From Octopus vulgaris (lineage: Eukaryota), in NCBI GenBank assembly GCA_951406725.2, contig OX597839.1:22010001-22074000 (forward strand): a stretch of 64,000 nt of DNA, written 5' to 3'. The notes below the pieces were generated by a model that had not been told where the DNA came from, ran no database searches, and saw nothing but the letters and a program-made list of their open reading frames with translations. Both the position numbers and the translations under genes were made by a program. Below are positions 41,041 to 53,236 of this stretch, one piece after another. Within the stretch, counting starts at the first letter, position 1, and every line of letters starts with the position of its first letter.

Positions 41041-42662
41041 ACAGATTACTGGAAATTGTTGTTAGAGCATCCACCAAAGTTGAGTCTGGACCTTCGAGTT
41101 GTATAAGTTGTAATAATCAAGTCAACCAACCATAAATAGAGTTCTTTTGCACTATTTCGCTTCACTTCGTTTTGCATATTTCTATATTATATTGGGCGTG
41201 GCTGTGTGGTAAGAAGCTTGCTTCCCAACCACATGGTTCCGGGTTCAGTCACAGGGTGCCTACTATAGTCATGGGCCGACCAAGGCCTTGTGAGTGGATT
41301 TGATAGATGGAAACTGAAAGAAGCCCGTCGTATATATTTGTGTGTTTGTGTCTGCGTTTGTTTCCTCAACATCCCTTGATAACCGATGTTGGTGTGTTTC
41401 CGCCTCCGTAACTTAGCGGTTCGGCAAAAGAGACAGATAGAATAAGTACTAGGCTTACAAAGATTAAGTCCTGGGGTCAATTTGTTCGAATAAAGGCGAT
41501 GCTCCAGCATGGCCGCAGTCAAAATGACAAACAAGTAAAAAATGGAGATCAACTGCCAGGAACTATAGCTCAAGGGGGGTAACTCTTCCTCTACACTTGG
41601 TGTTACCTCTGGAAATGGACCTTCTAGAAATGGCAGCCAAACGGTGTCCTTCTGCCTTAAAAAAGGACTATTAACTCATAGAGTTGTGTCTGTAAGAAAA
41701 TGTTATTACTTCTAGGGTCACGTGATTGAAGATTTGGAGTTGACATGTATTTGTGTTACATTTAATGTAATAAACTTTTATTAATAATGGTTTAGTCGAC
41801 CCATTTCGAGGTCTTAAGACACTCGTGGAAGAGAGCAAGTCATTCTCAGTGTGATGGCTGGATTCCTCAAAGCGGGATCTCTTAAAATTGATGTCTTTTA
41901 ATGAATTTAATAAAAATTTACGAAAAAACAAATATTACTCATTGTTTTCAAAATAATCAGTTATTTATTAAATGTTACATAATATCTTTTATCTTTTACT
42001 TGTTTCAGTCCTTAGTGTGGCCATGCTGGAGCACCACTTTGAAGATTTTTGTCAAACGAATTGTTCCCAAAACTAATGTTTTAAAGCCTGGTATTTATTC
42101 TACCAACCTATTATGCCGAACCGCTAAGTTAGGAGAGCGTAAAAACACGAGTACCTGTTGTCAAGTCTTGGTGGAGGACAAACCCAGACACACACACACA
42201 CACGATGGGTTTCTTTCAGTTTACGCCTACCAAATCCAATCACAAGGCTTTGGTAGGACTGAACCCGGAGCCATGTCTTTGGGAAGCAAGCTTCTTACCA
42301 CATGGTCAAATCAAATGAACGAGGACGTGCACATGGAGTGTGTTAGTTTGACGCTCAGTAAAGGGTGAAAGTTTTTGGCATTTCGAGCATAGCTCTTCGT
42401 TGGAAAGGAAAAAGAGAAAATGGAAAAGTCCAAAGAAGAGGAAAGACATCACCAACAGCACATGTAGTTACATTGCTGAAGATATATATATATATATAAC
42501 GTGTATAAGGAACCCCTAATTTGGAGAGTTGAGGTTCGATGAATTAAGTATTTATCAATATCTATAATACTATCCATGTATAAGAAACTCCCACATTTTT
42601 TAAACCTAATTTTTGACAGGCAAGGGCCCCTTATACACGTTAAAATACGGTATATATATATA

Positions 42663-43008
42663 TCATCATCATCGTTTAACGTCCGTTCTCCATGCTAGCA
42701 TGGGTTGGACGGTTCGACCGGGGATCTGGGAAGCCAGAAGGCTGCACCAGGCTCCAGTCTTATCTGGCAATGTTTCTACAGCTGGATGCCCTTCCTAACG
42801 CCAACCACTCCGTGAGTGTAGTGGGTGCTTTTTACGTGCCACCTGCACTGGTGCCAGGCGAGGCTGGCATCGGCCACGGTAGGATTGGTGTATTTTATGT
42901 GCCACCGGCACAGAAGCCAGTCGAGGCGGCGCTGGCATCGGCCACGAGTCGGATAGTGCTTTTTACGTACCACCAGACCAGGGATCCTGGCTGGTTCAAT
43001 TCGATTTC
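42663..43008 (-). mobile_element. Retroposon family C with (GAT)n tail and variable internal tandem repeats. Other copies: ~2560-2910(-), 15490-15870(-), 18275-18560(-), 27150-27500(-), 34680-34965(+), 35658-36010(-), 54063-54337(+), 54753-55170(-), 62010-62367(-), 62635-62964(+)
   Basis: Shared catcatcgtttaacgtccg..ccatgctagcatgggttggacgg...gctggatgcccttcctaacgccaaccac block; source of the recurring MLAWVGRF... ORFs. Confidence 0.88.
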
Positions 43009-43074
43009 GCTTTATATCTTAATAATAATAATAATAATAATCGGCAGAAGTTATAGAGTTACTTAAGACCCAAC

Positions 43075-43610
43075 TATTAATGATGTGTGTGTGTCCAGAG
43101 GCTTTTAGACTTTTTTAAGTGGTACATTTATTAATTCCAAAGAAGTATAAGGTTCCAACCTGCCGACCACCTTCTGCAAACCGTGTCAGCTGTGACAGTG
43201 TTAAGTAGGAGGCTATGTTCAAAGTGTTGTTAGAGTCATTCACCGCAGTTGCTCCGATCCCCTCGAAATTGTTTACAGCGGTCTGGATGCAATCATAGCC
43301 ATGCCTCTCTCTGTGGCCTAAGTCCCTCCAATGCCGTTGGGTTTGCTCCTGCCTGGGCGAGCAGCTGTTTCAGCTGGCTTTTGAAACACTTCCTGGCTTG
43401 TCTCGTTTCTCTTGGCTGAGCTCACCGTGGAATATGGCTTTCGGAATCCTGGATTCGTCTATGCATGAGACGTGTCCAGGCCTGAACTGAGCTGCCTGAA
43501 CTGCAGCAAGGCTTCAATATTCGGGACAGATGGAGGCCTTCGTTGTTGGTTATGTGTTCCTTCCATGACATCTCTTGTGGAAGCATTCCAGCAGCTTGAC
43601 CTGCTTCCTC
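43075..43610 (-). mobile_element. Decayed RTE-clade LINE 3' fragment
   Basis: Frameshifted [31 protein letters not shown], typical of the RTE ORF C-terminus. Confidence 0.65.
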
Positions 43611-43700
43611 TCTTGGTTCTGGTGCACAGGTGCAGTACACGGTTCTGGAATACACACCTCTGCATAAGTATGTACACAGACAGACACGCACGCACACACG

Positions 43701-43774
<74 letters not shown>

Positions 43775-45336
43775 CACTATCTTTGCAATTAAACAGATTA
43801 GTTGGGAAAAGGTGATTCCTTTGCTGCCGATAGTCCGTTAATGCCGAAAGATAACCTCAGAGTAAGTTTATATTATTTTTAGCATAGATATCAGTCCTGA
43901 GGTCGGAATCCCCTCTTTGTTCCCCAATGTAGTCTTGTACTGTAGTCCTCAACTTCAACAGGGCCCCTTCCCAGTTTCTGCCAGAATCTCATCGCTTCAC
44001 CATCGTTTTTCTTGTCTGTGAGCCCATTTTACGCCTGCCTAACCTTTGAAAATGTGGGGCACAAAATCTATTTAAGGGTCAATTTTATTTCGTTAATAAA
44101 AATTCAATCGATTTACAATAGAGACCGAAACCAAAGAATTTTGAAGTTACGACACTTTCTGAACACATCCTCAGCTCCCGGTAAAAGTTTATCGCCAAAA
44201 ATATATAAGAGGGTTTATAAAACCTAATGTTTAAACGCATCTTTTAATTTCATTAATGATTTATTTAAGCTAAATGTCTGTCCTTTAGATCTATCGTTGT
44301 CGATCCTTCTTACCTGCTCTCGTACCATTCCATTGTTCTTCACTTACAACGAAATGTTTTTTTGGTTATAAGAATCGTTACAAAAACGTTAGAATTTGCG
44401 ACGCTCTTTTACACTTTTTTTTTTCTTTAAGAAAATCTCTCATCAAATGTCGTCTTCTTCTTCCTCCTTGTTTTGCTCACCTAAAAACATGAATAATTAA
44501 TATTTCCAGTTCCTTAGTCTTGGAGAAGAACAAGATGCCATCATCCATGTAGTAACAGTTTGTTATTGAGTTTTCCCCAAGAAGCAAGAAACCACGACTT
44601 AAACTCGACGATGTTTCCGATATGTTTAGAACGAAACGAAAGTTTTAGCAGAAATATTGGAAGAGGTTAACACAAATTGGGTTGGCACAACTTTAAACAG
44701 AATCCTTTATTTAAACCGTTTGTGATAAACATTTTAATTAGTTCGTTTCTTAAGTTCACAAGGGAAGAAGATTTCGCTCACGTCTTTTCTGCCTCAAATC
44801 GATCTCAGATCGATGTTTTTAAACATGGCTTATCGACCTCTTTACTTTCAACTCATTCATTGTTCCTTATTATTTACCATTTTAAACTTCATCTGTCAAT
44901 TGATTTTTCCCATCTTTTCTTTATCTTTATCCTTCCATTTGTGTGTTCGACCGATCGATCGATTACTTATTGATTACTTATTGATCTATTGATTTCAACG
45001 ACCCACACACTCATCAGATTACTTGTTGATAAATTTTTCCCTCTATTACTTCCTTCTTCTCCCTTTTCTTTCTTTCTTTCTTCCTTTCTTTCTTTCTTAA
45101 TTTATTGCCCTCTTCCAATTAATTATATTTAATTAGTTAACTCATTCCATTAACTGCCACTTCAGTGCTTTTCTCGTTTATGGGTTCATTCATTTAAACT
45201 AATTTGTATCTTTGTCTTAAGTTCATGAATTAATTACTGTCTCAACCATTCCTTACTTTTTAATTGGACACAAAAAAAGCAAAACAAAAAGAAAGCAACC
45301 CTCCCTTATCTCCCACTCCTCCCTAAAAAGCAACAG

Positions 45337-46146
45337 ATGTCCTCGTTGTCCCCTGTTTCATCTTTGTGTGGGGGCATGGAAGATAAAGTTAGTCGACGGC
45401 AACGCCTGTCCAATGCTTTTTCTCGTCTCAGACGACTTTGCAGCCGGTTATTCTCATGTAACTATAACAGGAGAAATTCTGTTGGTTCTGAGTCCAGTTC
45501 CATAGCAGATGAAGTCATTGTTAAGAGAGATATGTACTCCTGTAGTGGCCCCAGCAAGAAAACTCCCGTGGGCTGTAACCCCAAGTGTGCACCCAAACAA
45601 GTCCGTATTCCATCCAACAAGAATTTGTGTATGTGTTGTTCGATTGACGTTGATTCTCTTTATAGAGATGAGATAGTTTCGTGTAGAAGAAGTGTTTCTC
45701 TATTCAGTATCAACAGACAAGACATTTTGATGTGTCCTGCCTCTCGAAGGAATATGTCGGTGTGCAGTTTTAGTAGGAGTGCCATATCACCATATACTTG
45801 CAGAAGAAATATGTTCTCATGTAACATTAGGAGGGAAAATACGGTGTGTACTTTAAACAGAAAATATGTGACATCGTGTGGTGCCGGCAAGAAAAATGTA
45901 ATTCCACAGGCTGTTGATTCAACACGCAAACTAATTAACGTTCCACAAAGGAGAAATGTGGTCAGACAAAAATGTAAGCGGCTGAATTGTAGATGTCAGA
46001 AGAGGAAAATGTTTGGATATTGCCCTCAATTAAAGACTATTCTGGAAGTTTCTGGGGAAGACATAATGGAGTTCCCATGTGTTAGGCACACAAAGCTACA
46101 AGAAAAGGAGCTGAAGATGATGATGATGGAGACTGCAGAGGAATGA
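45337..46146 (+). CDS. Intronless 269-aa Cys/Arg/Ser-rich orphan ORF, product unknown
   Basis: Non-repetitive 810-nt ATG..TGA frame in an AT-rich, stop-dense context, inside a ~2.4-kb island free of the common SINEs/MITEs; no family recognised. Confidence 0.6.
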   Translation: MSSLSPVSSLCGGMEDKVSRRQRLSNAFSRLRRLCSRLFSCNYNRRNSVGSESSSIADEVIVKRDMYSCSGPSKKTPVGCNPKCAPKQVRIPSNKNLCMCCSIDVDSLYRDEIVSCRRSVSLFSINRQDILMCPASRRNMSVCSFSRSAISPYTCRRNMFSCNIRRENTVCTLNRKYVTSCGAGKKNVIPQAVDSTRKLINVPQRRNVVRQKCKRLNCRCQKRKMFGYCPQLKTILEVSGEDIMEFPCVRHTKLQEKELKMMMMETAEE

Positions 46147-46267
46147 GATTAGGTTGTGAAACTAAGAATGGAAGATTTGTTACTGAGAAAGGGAGTTAGA
46201 AGAAATGGAAGTTTGATAACTATTGACAGCTGAGATGTTCTACTTTCCAAATTATTTGTAGACAGCT

Positions 46268-46448
<181 letters not shown>

Positions 46449-46550
46449 GGAGTAAACACATAAATGTGAAACAAGGTGGAAAAAAGAGTACTCAAATACC
46501 AGTGGTAGAGTAATATGCTTTATTTAAAGCAGCAGAAAATTCAACAAAAT

Positions 46551-46588
46551 CTGTTACTCTGAGTTTCTCGTTGCCGTTCATCAGACAG
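46551..46588 (-). ncRNA. Second, identical hammerhead motif on the opposite strand (left arm of the palindrome)
   Basis: Exact reverse complement of 46602-46639. Confidence 0.65.
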
Positions 46589-46601
46589 TTTCTAGCAAAA
46601 A

Positions 46602-46639
46602 CTGTCTGATGAACGGCAACGAGAAACTCAGAGTAACAG
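46602..46639 (+). ncRNA. Minimal type I hammerhead ribozyme motif (Penelope-like element type)
   Basis: CTGT-CTGATGA-ACG GCAA CGA-GAAA-CTC A GAG TA-ACAG: intact core, helix I CTGT/ACAG, helix III ACTC/GAGT, GUA cleavage triplet; helix II is short with an A.A closing mismatch. Confidence 0.65.
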
Positions 46640-49632
46640 ATTTTGTTGAATTTTCTGCTGCTTTAAATAAAGTATATATATATATATATACATACTGGTT
46701 TCAAATTTTGGCACAAGGCCAGCATGTTTGGGGGAGGCAGGGAAGTCAATTACAATGACCCCCAGGGCTAAGGTGGTACTTATTTTATCGACCCTGAAAG
46801 GACGAGAGACAAAGTGGATTTTGGCAGAATTTAAACTCAGAAAGTAAAAACAGACGAAATATTGTGGTCAGCCTTTTGCCCCTGTCCTAATGATTTGACC
46901 AGCTCACCACCTGGATCCATTGGTTTCAAATGTTTGGTTCATGGACAGTAAGGGGGAGGTGGGTCAGTTGATTACATTGACCCCACTGCTCAACTGGTAC
47001 TTCCGAAAAAATGAAAGGCAAAATTGACCTAGGTGGAATTTGAACTCAGAATGTAAAATGTAAAGACGGATAAATTGCCGCTGAGCATTTCACTCAGTGT
47101 GTTACGATTCTGCCAGCTCACTGCCTTAAGACAGCTTGAAATGATAACATCCTTTGGCTGTGTGGTAAGTAGCTTGTTTACCAACCACATGGTTCCGGGT
47201 TCAGTCCTACTGCGTGGCACCTTGGGCAAGTGTCTTCTGCTATAGCCTCGGGCCGACCAAAGCCTTGTGAGTGGATTTGGTAGACGGAAACTGAAAGAAG
47301 CCTGTCATATATATGTATATATATATGTGTGTGTGTGTATATGTTTGTCCCTCTAGCATTGCTTGACAACCAATGCTGGTGTGTTTACGTCCCCGTCACT
47401 TAGCGGTTCGGCAAAAGAGACCGATAGAATAAGTACTGGGCTTATAAAGAATAAGTCCCGGGGTCGATTTGCTTGACTAAAGGCGGTGCTCCAGCATGGC
47501 CGCAGTCAAATGACTGAAACAAGTAAAAGAGAGATAAGTGGTTGCTATCTTTCTCTGGTAGCTTTATCCAGCTAGATTGACTCTATTTTTTTCCAAGTAT
47601 TTGTCTAGAATCAAATAGATAGGTAACTGATATAACAGTGAAATGGTCTTCGTCTCTCTCGAAAGGACATTTTCTCATCTCACCTGAGAGTCTATGAATA
47701 CATAATCTGTCTATTTGCAGTGAGCATATTTTACTTCCTGTGGTACCTAGTGATATCCGAAGTACCTTACAGGGTACATATTTACAGCTGTCAACAAAAT
47801 TGTGCCGAAGTTGTTGCCATTATTTACTCCTAACTAATGCCTGATTGAGCAGACTATAATTAAAGGCTTTCCAGCCATGACCATCTTGTTTTTTTTTTTA
47901 TGGATATCTATAAACACAATATCCAATAAATCCTTCACCTTTTGAAAACATAAAGGGAATTTAGTTGCTATTTCTTGTGGGCTAAGTAACCCTATAGTAG
48001 CTTCCATCATGGCTTAATTGTGTTAAGGTTGATGGAAACTCTAACCTGGGGCCAAACTCCCTAACAGGATCAATAAATCTTCTCTTCATCGCTTTTGGAC
48101 TTTTGTCTGGTCTGATGTTTCCATACCTCTCTCCCTATACATTGCTATATTTAGATCTTTGAATCAACCCTATACATTGCCCCTATACATTGTCCCTATA
48201 CATTACTCGTGTGTGTGCTTATTTCATTGATATTTTATGACATATTTAATTTACTTCACTTATTAAATTCTTTATTTACCTAATATTTTTTGCATTTAAT
48301 AATTAAACACACACACAAGCATATTAATGCAAAGAACCTCATTATCTTACATCCATTCTTCCATTCTTCCCAAGTATCAGATGTGTCCACCGTCTGCTGC
48401 AATTTTTGTCATTTCTTTGGTGAGGTTCAACCTTCCCCACTTCTTCCCATTTCTCTTTCCATCTCCCTGTTTGGGACACCTTTACACTTGTCTCACATCT
48501 CCCTCTTCTATGGCCCCTATCCACTTTTCTGTGGTCCCTTTCCACCTGAGTCACTTCTTCCTTGTTCACACACCTGTCCTAACACCTTTGCTTCTCCTCC
48601 GTACCAAAGCAGCCCTCTTGGTTTTGCACGACATCTGAAACCCCCACTCATCTCTCTCTCACCTCTCTTCCTCTTCATTCTGATTCACACACACCGACTG
48701 TCTTGAACTCCGCAGCAGAACCAACTGGAAAATTTCCCAGCCTCTACAAACTTTCTCCTCCACATTTGCAGTCCATGTCTCTCTGACATCTATCATCTCA
48801 CACTTGGGACTCAAGCATCATATATCCTACAAATACACACACACACAAACATGAATAGAGGTGTGCATTTGGATGTCTGTTAATCTGTCTGATTTTCCAA
48901 GGTAAATGTATAAATCTTGTGTGTGTGTGTGTGATGAATAAAATACCTGTGGTCAAAGTAGAATATGACCAAATATAATCAAAGTTAAAAAGACTAAATC
49001 ATTACCAAAGTTAAAACTCCAAGAGTACAACAAGAACCAAGAATGGAATCAAGGAAGAAGACAAGAATATCACCAAAGCTGATGTAAATAAACCTCTACT
49101 CCATTGTTTTTCATTTGCAATGCTAAAAGTGTGTATATACGTGTGTGTGTGTATGTGTTTGTGTGTGTATGTGTTTATGTGTGTATGTGTGTCCATGCAT
49201 GTCTATGTTGTCATCGATCTGTCTCTGGGATTGCTAATGTGTGCATGTGTGTGTAGGTAGGTAGATAGATAGGTAGATAAGTAGATAATAGATAGGTAAG
49301 TAGATATATATATATACATACACATATACATATATATGTATATATAGGTATGTATATGTACATATATATATATATATATGTACGTGTATGCATATGTTTA
49401 CATATACATGCATGAGCTGGCAGAATCGTTAGCACGCCGGGCGAAATGCGTAGCCGTATTTCGTCTGCCGTTACGTTCTGAGTTCAAATTCCGCCGAGGT
49501 CGACTTTGCCTTTCATCCTCTCGGGGTCGATAAATTAAGTACCAGTTTTGCACTGGGTCGATGTAATCGACTTAATCCCTTTGTCTGTCCTTGTTTGTCC
49601 CCTCTATGTTTAGCCCCTTGAGGGCAGTAAAG

Positions 49633-49679
<47 letters not shown>

Positions 49680-50969
49680 TACATTCATACGCATGCATAT
49701 ATATCTATGTTGTCTTGTCTCCCATATATCACAGGTGTTAGAGGTATTTGGATACAGGTGAAAATATTAACAATCCAGGCAGGAATGAACTCCAAGATTT
49801 CTCACTTCACCATCAAAAATACTCTGAAAGACTCCATTGTTCCTGGAAGCTCACAGACAGAAAAGGAAGGAACGTCCGTGGATCTGCTGCCCATTTCAAC
49901 TCTGTTTGGAATTGCATCTGTCAGCTGTTCTGCATCTTCTGCATCTTGGGTGTGTAAATGTGATATTTATATTTGTCTCTCATAATATACAGTGTTGGGG
50001 AAAGGTGAGAGATATGGTCCATAGGATAATGTAGAGCAAAGAAATGGCATCGCAACGGTTACCATGACAGTTGTTCCGGTTGGTTCGATCAATGGAACAG
50101 CCTGCTTGTAAAATCAATGTGCAAGTGGCTGAGGACTCCACAGACATGCGTTTCCTTAATGTAGTTCTGAGGGAGATTCAAAGTGACACAGAATATGACA
50201 AGGCTGGTCCTTTTGAATGTTTTACCAGTTGAGTGGAGTGGAGCAACATAAAATGAAGTGTCTTGCTCAAGGACACAAGGCACCACTGGGAATTGAACTC
50301 AGGACTTTACAATCAAGAGCTGAACACCTTACCCACTAAGCCACGTGGTGTTTGGCTAAAAACCTGCAGCTGTGTTCAATAATTCATTATAGTAACAAGG
50401 TGAAACATTGTTAATTATACTAATTATCTAATACTGGTTTAAAATTTTGGCACAAGCCAGTAATTTCAGGGGAGGGGGTTAAGTCAATTGCATCAACCAC
50501 AGTGCATGACTGGTACTTAATTCATTGGGAAGGCGGCGAGCTGGCAGAATCGTTAGCACGCCGGGCGAAATACATAGCCGTATTTCGTCTGCCGTTACGT
50601 TCTGAGTTCAAATTCCGCCGAGGTCGACTTTGCCTTTCATCCTTTCGGGGTCGATAAATTAAGTACCAGTTACGGGGGTCGATAAATTAAGTACCAGTTA
50701 CGCACTGGGGTCGATGTAATCGACTTAATACCTTTGTTTGTCCCCTCTATGTTTAACCCCTTGTGGGTAATAAAGAAATAGGTACTTAATTCATTGACCC
50801 TGAAAGGATAAAAGACAAAATTGACCTTAGCAGAATTTGAACTCAGAACGGGAAGATAAATGGAATGCCACTACACACTTTCTTGCTGTGCTAATGATTC
50901 TGCCAGCTCGTTACAGCAATTATTTAAGTAATATTACTTTCAAATTTGCAGAGGAGGGGTATTTATATA

Positions 50970-52550
50970 TAATAATGAAATTATTGTATACAGTGCTCAG
51001 GTGCACCACAACTTGTCAGAAAGTGCATATAAAGTACATGCAGTGATGTACAAATGTCTGGAAAGCGAACAGTGTATGAGTCAGATACATGCTTGCGTGT
51101 GTATGGAGGGGAGAAAATCAGGTGTAGTGTTGGTGAATCTCAGGAAGCATGGAAGTTTTGAAGGATGCAGTGCTCCGACAACTAACAACCGATGCCGGCA
51201 GTTTGTTCCATGCTTCAGCGTGTGTATGGAGGGGAGAAAATCAAGTGTAGTGTTGGCGAATCTCAGGAAGCATGGAAGTTTTGAAGGATGCAGTGCTCCG
51301 ACAACTAACAACCGATGCCGGCAGTTTGTTCCATGCTTCAGCGTGTGTATGGAGGGGAGAAAATCAAGTGTAGTGTTGGCGAATCTCAGGAAGCATGGAA
51401 GTTTTGAAGGATGCAGTGCTCCGACAACTAACAACCGATGCCGGCAGTTTGTTCCATGCTTCAGCGTGTGTATGGAGGGGAGAAAATCAAGTGTAGTGTT
51501 GGCGAATCTCAGGAAGCATGGAAGTTTTGAAGGATGCAGTGCTCCGACAACTAACAACCGATGCCGGCAGTTTGTTCCATGCTTCAGCGTGTGTATGGAG
51601 GGGAGAAAATCAAGTGTAGTGTTGGCGAATCTCAGGAAGCATGGAAGTTTTGAAGGATGCAGTGCTCCGACAACTAACAACCGATGCCGGCAGTTTGTTC
51701 CATGCTTCAGCGTGTGTATGGAGGGGAGAAAATCAAGTGTAGTGTTGGCGAATCTCAGGAAGCATGGAAGTTTTGAAGGATGCAGTGCTCCGACAACTAA
51801 CAACCGATGCCGGCAGTTTGTTCCATGCTTCAGCGTGTGTATGGAGGGGAGAAAATCAAGTGTAGTGTTGGCGAATCTCAGGAAGCATGGAAGTTTTGAA
51901 GGATGCAGTGCTCCGACAACTAACAACCGATGCCGGCAGTTTGTTCCATGCTTCAGCGTGTGTATGGAGGAGAAAATCAAGTGTAGTGTTGGCGAATCTC
52001 AGGAAGCATGGAAGTTTTGAAGGATGCAGTGCTCCGACAACTAACAACCGATGCCGGCAGTTTGTTCCATGCTTCAGCGTGTGTATGGAGGGGAGAAAAT
52101 CAAGTGTAGTGTTGGCGAATCTCAGGAAGCATGGAAGTTTTGAAGGATGCAGTGCTCCGACAACTAACAACCGATGCTGGCAGTTTGTTCCATGCTTCAG
52201 CGTGTGTATGGAGGGGAAGAGAAGATCAGGTGTAGTGTTGGCGAATCTCAGGAAGCATGGAAATTTTGAAGGATGCAGTGCTCCGACAACTAACAACCGA
52301 TGCTGGCAGTTTGTTCCATGCTTCAGCGTGTGTATGGAGGGGAAGAGAAGATCAGGTGTAGTGTTGGCGAATCTCAGGAAGCATGGAAGTTTTGAAGGAT
52401 GCAGTGCTCCGACAACCAACAACCGATGCCGGCAGTTTGTTCCATGCTTCAGCAACTCTCAGCGTGAAAAAATGTTTCCTGAAGTCATGGAAGGAGCTGT
52501 GCTGTTTTCTTACTTTGTAAATATGTCCACGGGTGTTAGATGGGTGGAGT
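50970..52550 (-). mobile_element. 5'-truncated CR1/L2-group LINE 3' end hosting the array
   Basis: Minus strand gives the ORF2 C-terminus (...FRKHFFTLRVAEAWNKLPASVVSCRSTASFKTSMLPEIRQHYT*), then the 3' UTR and a TTA-type tail. Confidence 0.8.
51095..52453. repeat. Tandem array of 11 units of ~123 bp derived from a CR1-like LINE 3' end
   Basis: Unit starts at 51095, 51218, 51341, 51464, 51587, 51710, 51833, 51956, 52077, 52200, 52326; units are 123 bp except one of 121 and two of 126. Confidence 0.95.
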
Positions 52551-53194
52551 AATATTAACAGGGAAATGATGAAATTAAATGAAACATATGCAAATTTAAT
52601 TAATTATAAACTATTTATTATTAGTTAATCTGTTGAGAATTAGTTGAATGCTTTCCATTTGTCTCCGTCATCGTACGTTTTGGGATAAGAAGCAATTGGA
52701 TTTTCTGGTCTTCACTTACTATGGTCACAAGTCTTGACACATAAAGTTTCATCTTTAGAGATTGGATAATGCTTCAAATTGCCAGGTTTTATACCCAATT
52801 CCACTGACATTCAACAAGAAGATATTAATAAACATTTTCAAGCTGCAAAATGGCTGTAACTGAGACAAAATCGTGGTAAAGTGAAGAAGCCTTGAACTGT
52901 TGCAATTGGCGTGCCTTTTTCACTGAAGAAACTGACCCTTTTGAAGTCGAGAGAAACAAAAAAGAACAACAAAGAACACAAGAACAACCAATGACAAACA
53001 ATTTCCTGCTGTTTTATGTAAGGACCGTTTTTTTTCTTCAGTCCTCAACGCCATCAACACAGAGGAAACCCTCAGACAAGACAGAACTATCATTTTCAGA
53101 TGCCAGAAGAATCAGCCTCCACCAACAAAAAATGTTTGCCATCTTTTTATTGTCACTTAAAGGTGGGAACTGGTTGGTTTTGGCATTTCTTTCC

Positions 53195-53236
<42 letters not shown>

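Larger units (their letters stand above)
46514..46676. repeat. Near-perfect palindrome (~75-bp arms) embedded in (TA)n; probable Penelope-like element terminus
   Basis: ctttatttaaagcagcagaaaattcaacaaaatctg...cagattttgttgaattttctgctgctttaaataaag with a very short loop. Confidence 0.85.

Noticed and set aside
43820-43870. Possible hammerhead at ...gccgaaagataacctcag
   Set aside because: No intact CUGANGA box or helix I pairing
49730-49960. Unique-looking block with short ORFs, possible exon
   Set aside because: No recognisable protein and no convincing splice pair or partner exons; the same holds for 48960-49100 and 52630-53195
51095-51217. Back-spliced circular RNA as template for the array
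   Set aside because: Unit boundaries lack AG/GT splice signals; microhomology explains the junction
51095-52453. CRISPR-like array
   Set aside because: Units are head-to-tail with no unique spacers, there are no cas genes, and the context is eukaryotic; the same applies to 17775-18134
51001-52552. Long ORFs on both strands (339, 299, 221, 199 aa) with 41-aa repeats
   Set aside because: By-product of a 123-bp (3n) tandem unit; the frames break at the 121-bp unit, and the true LINE frame has a stop in every unit
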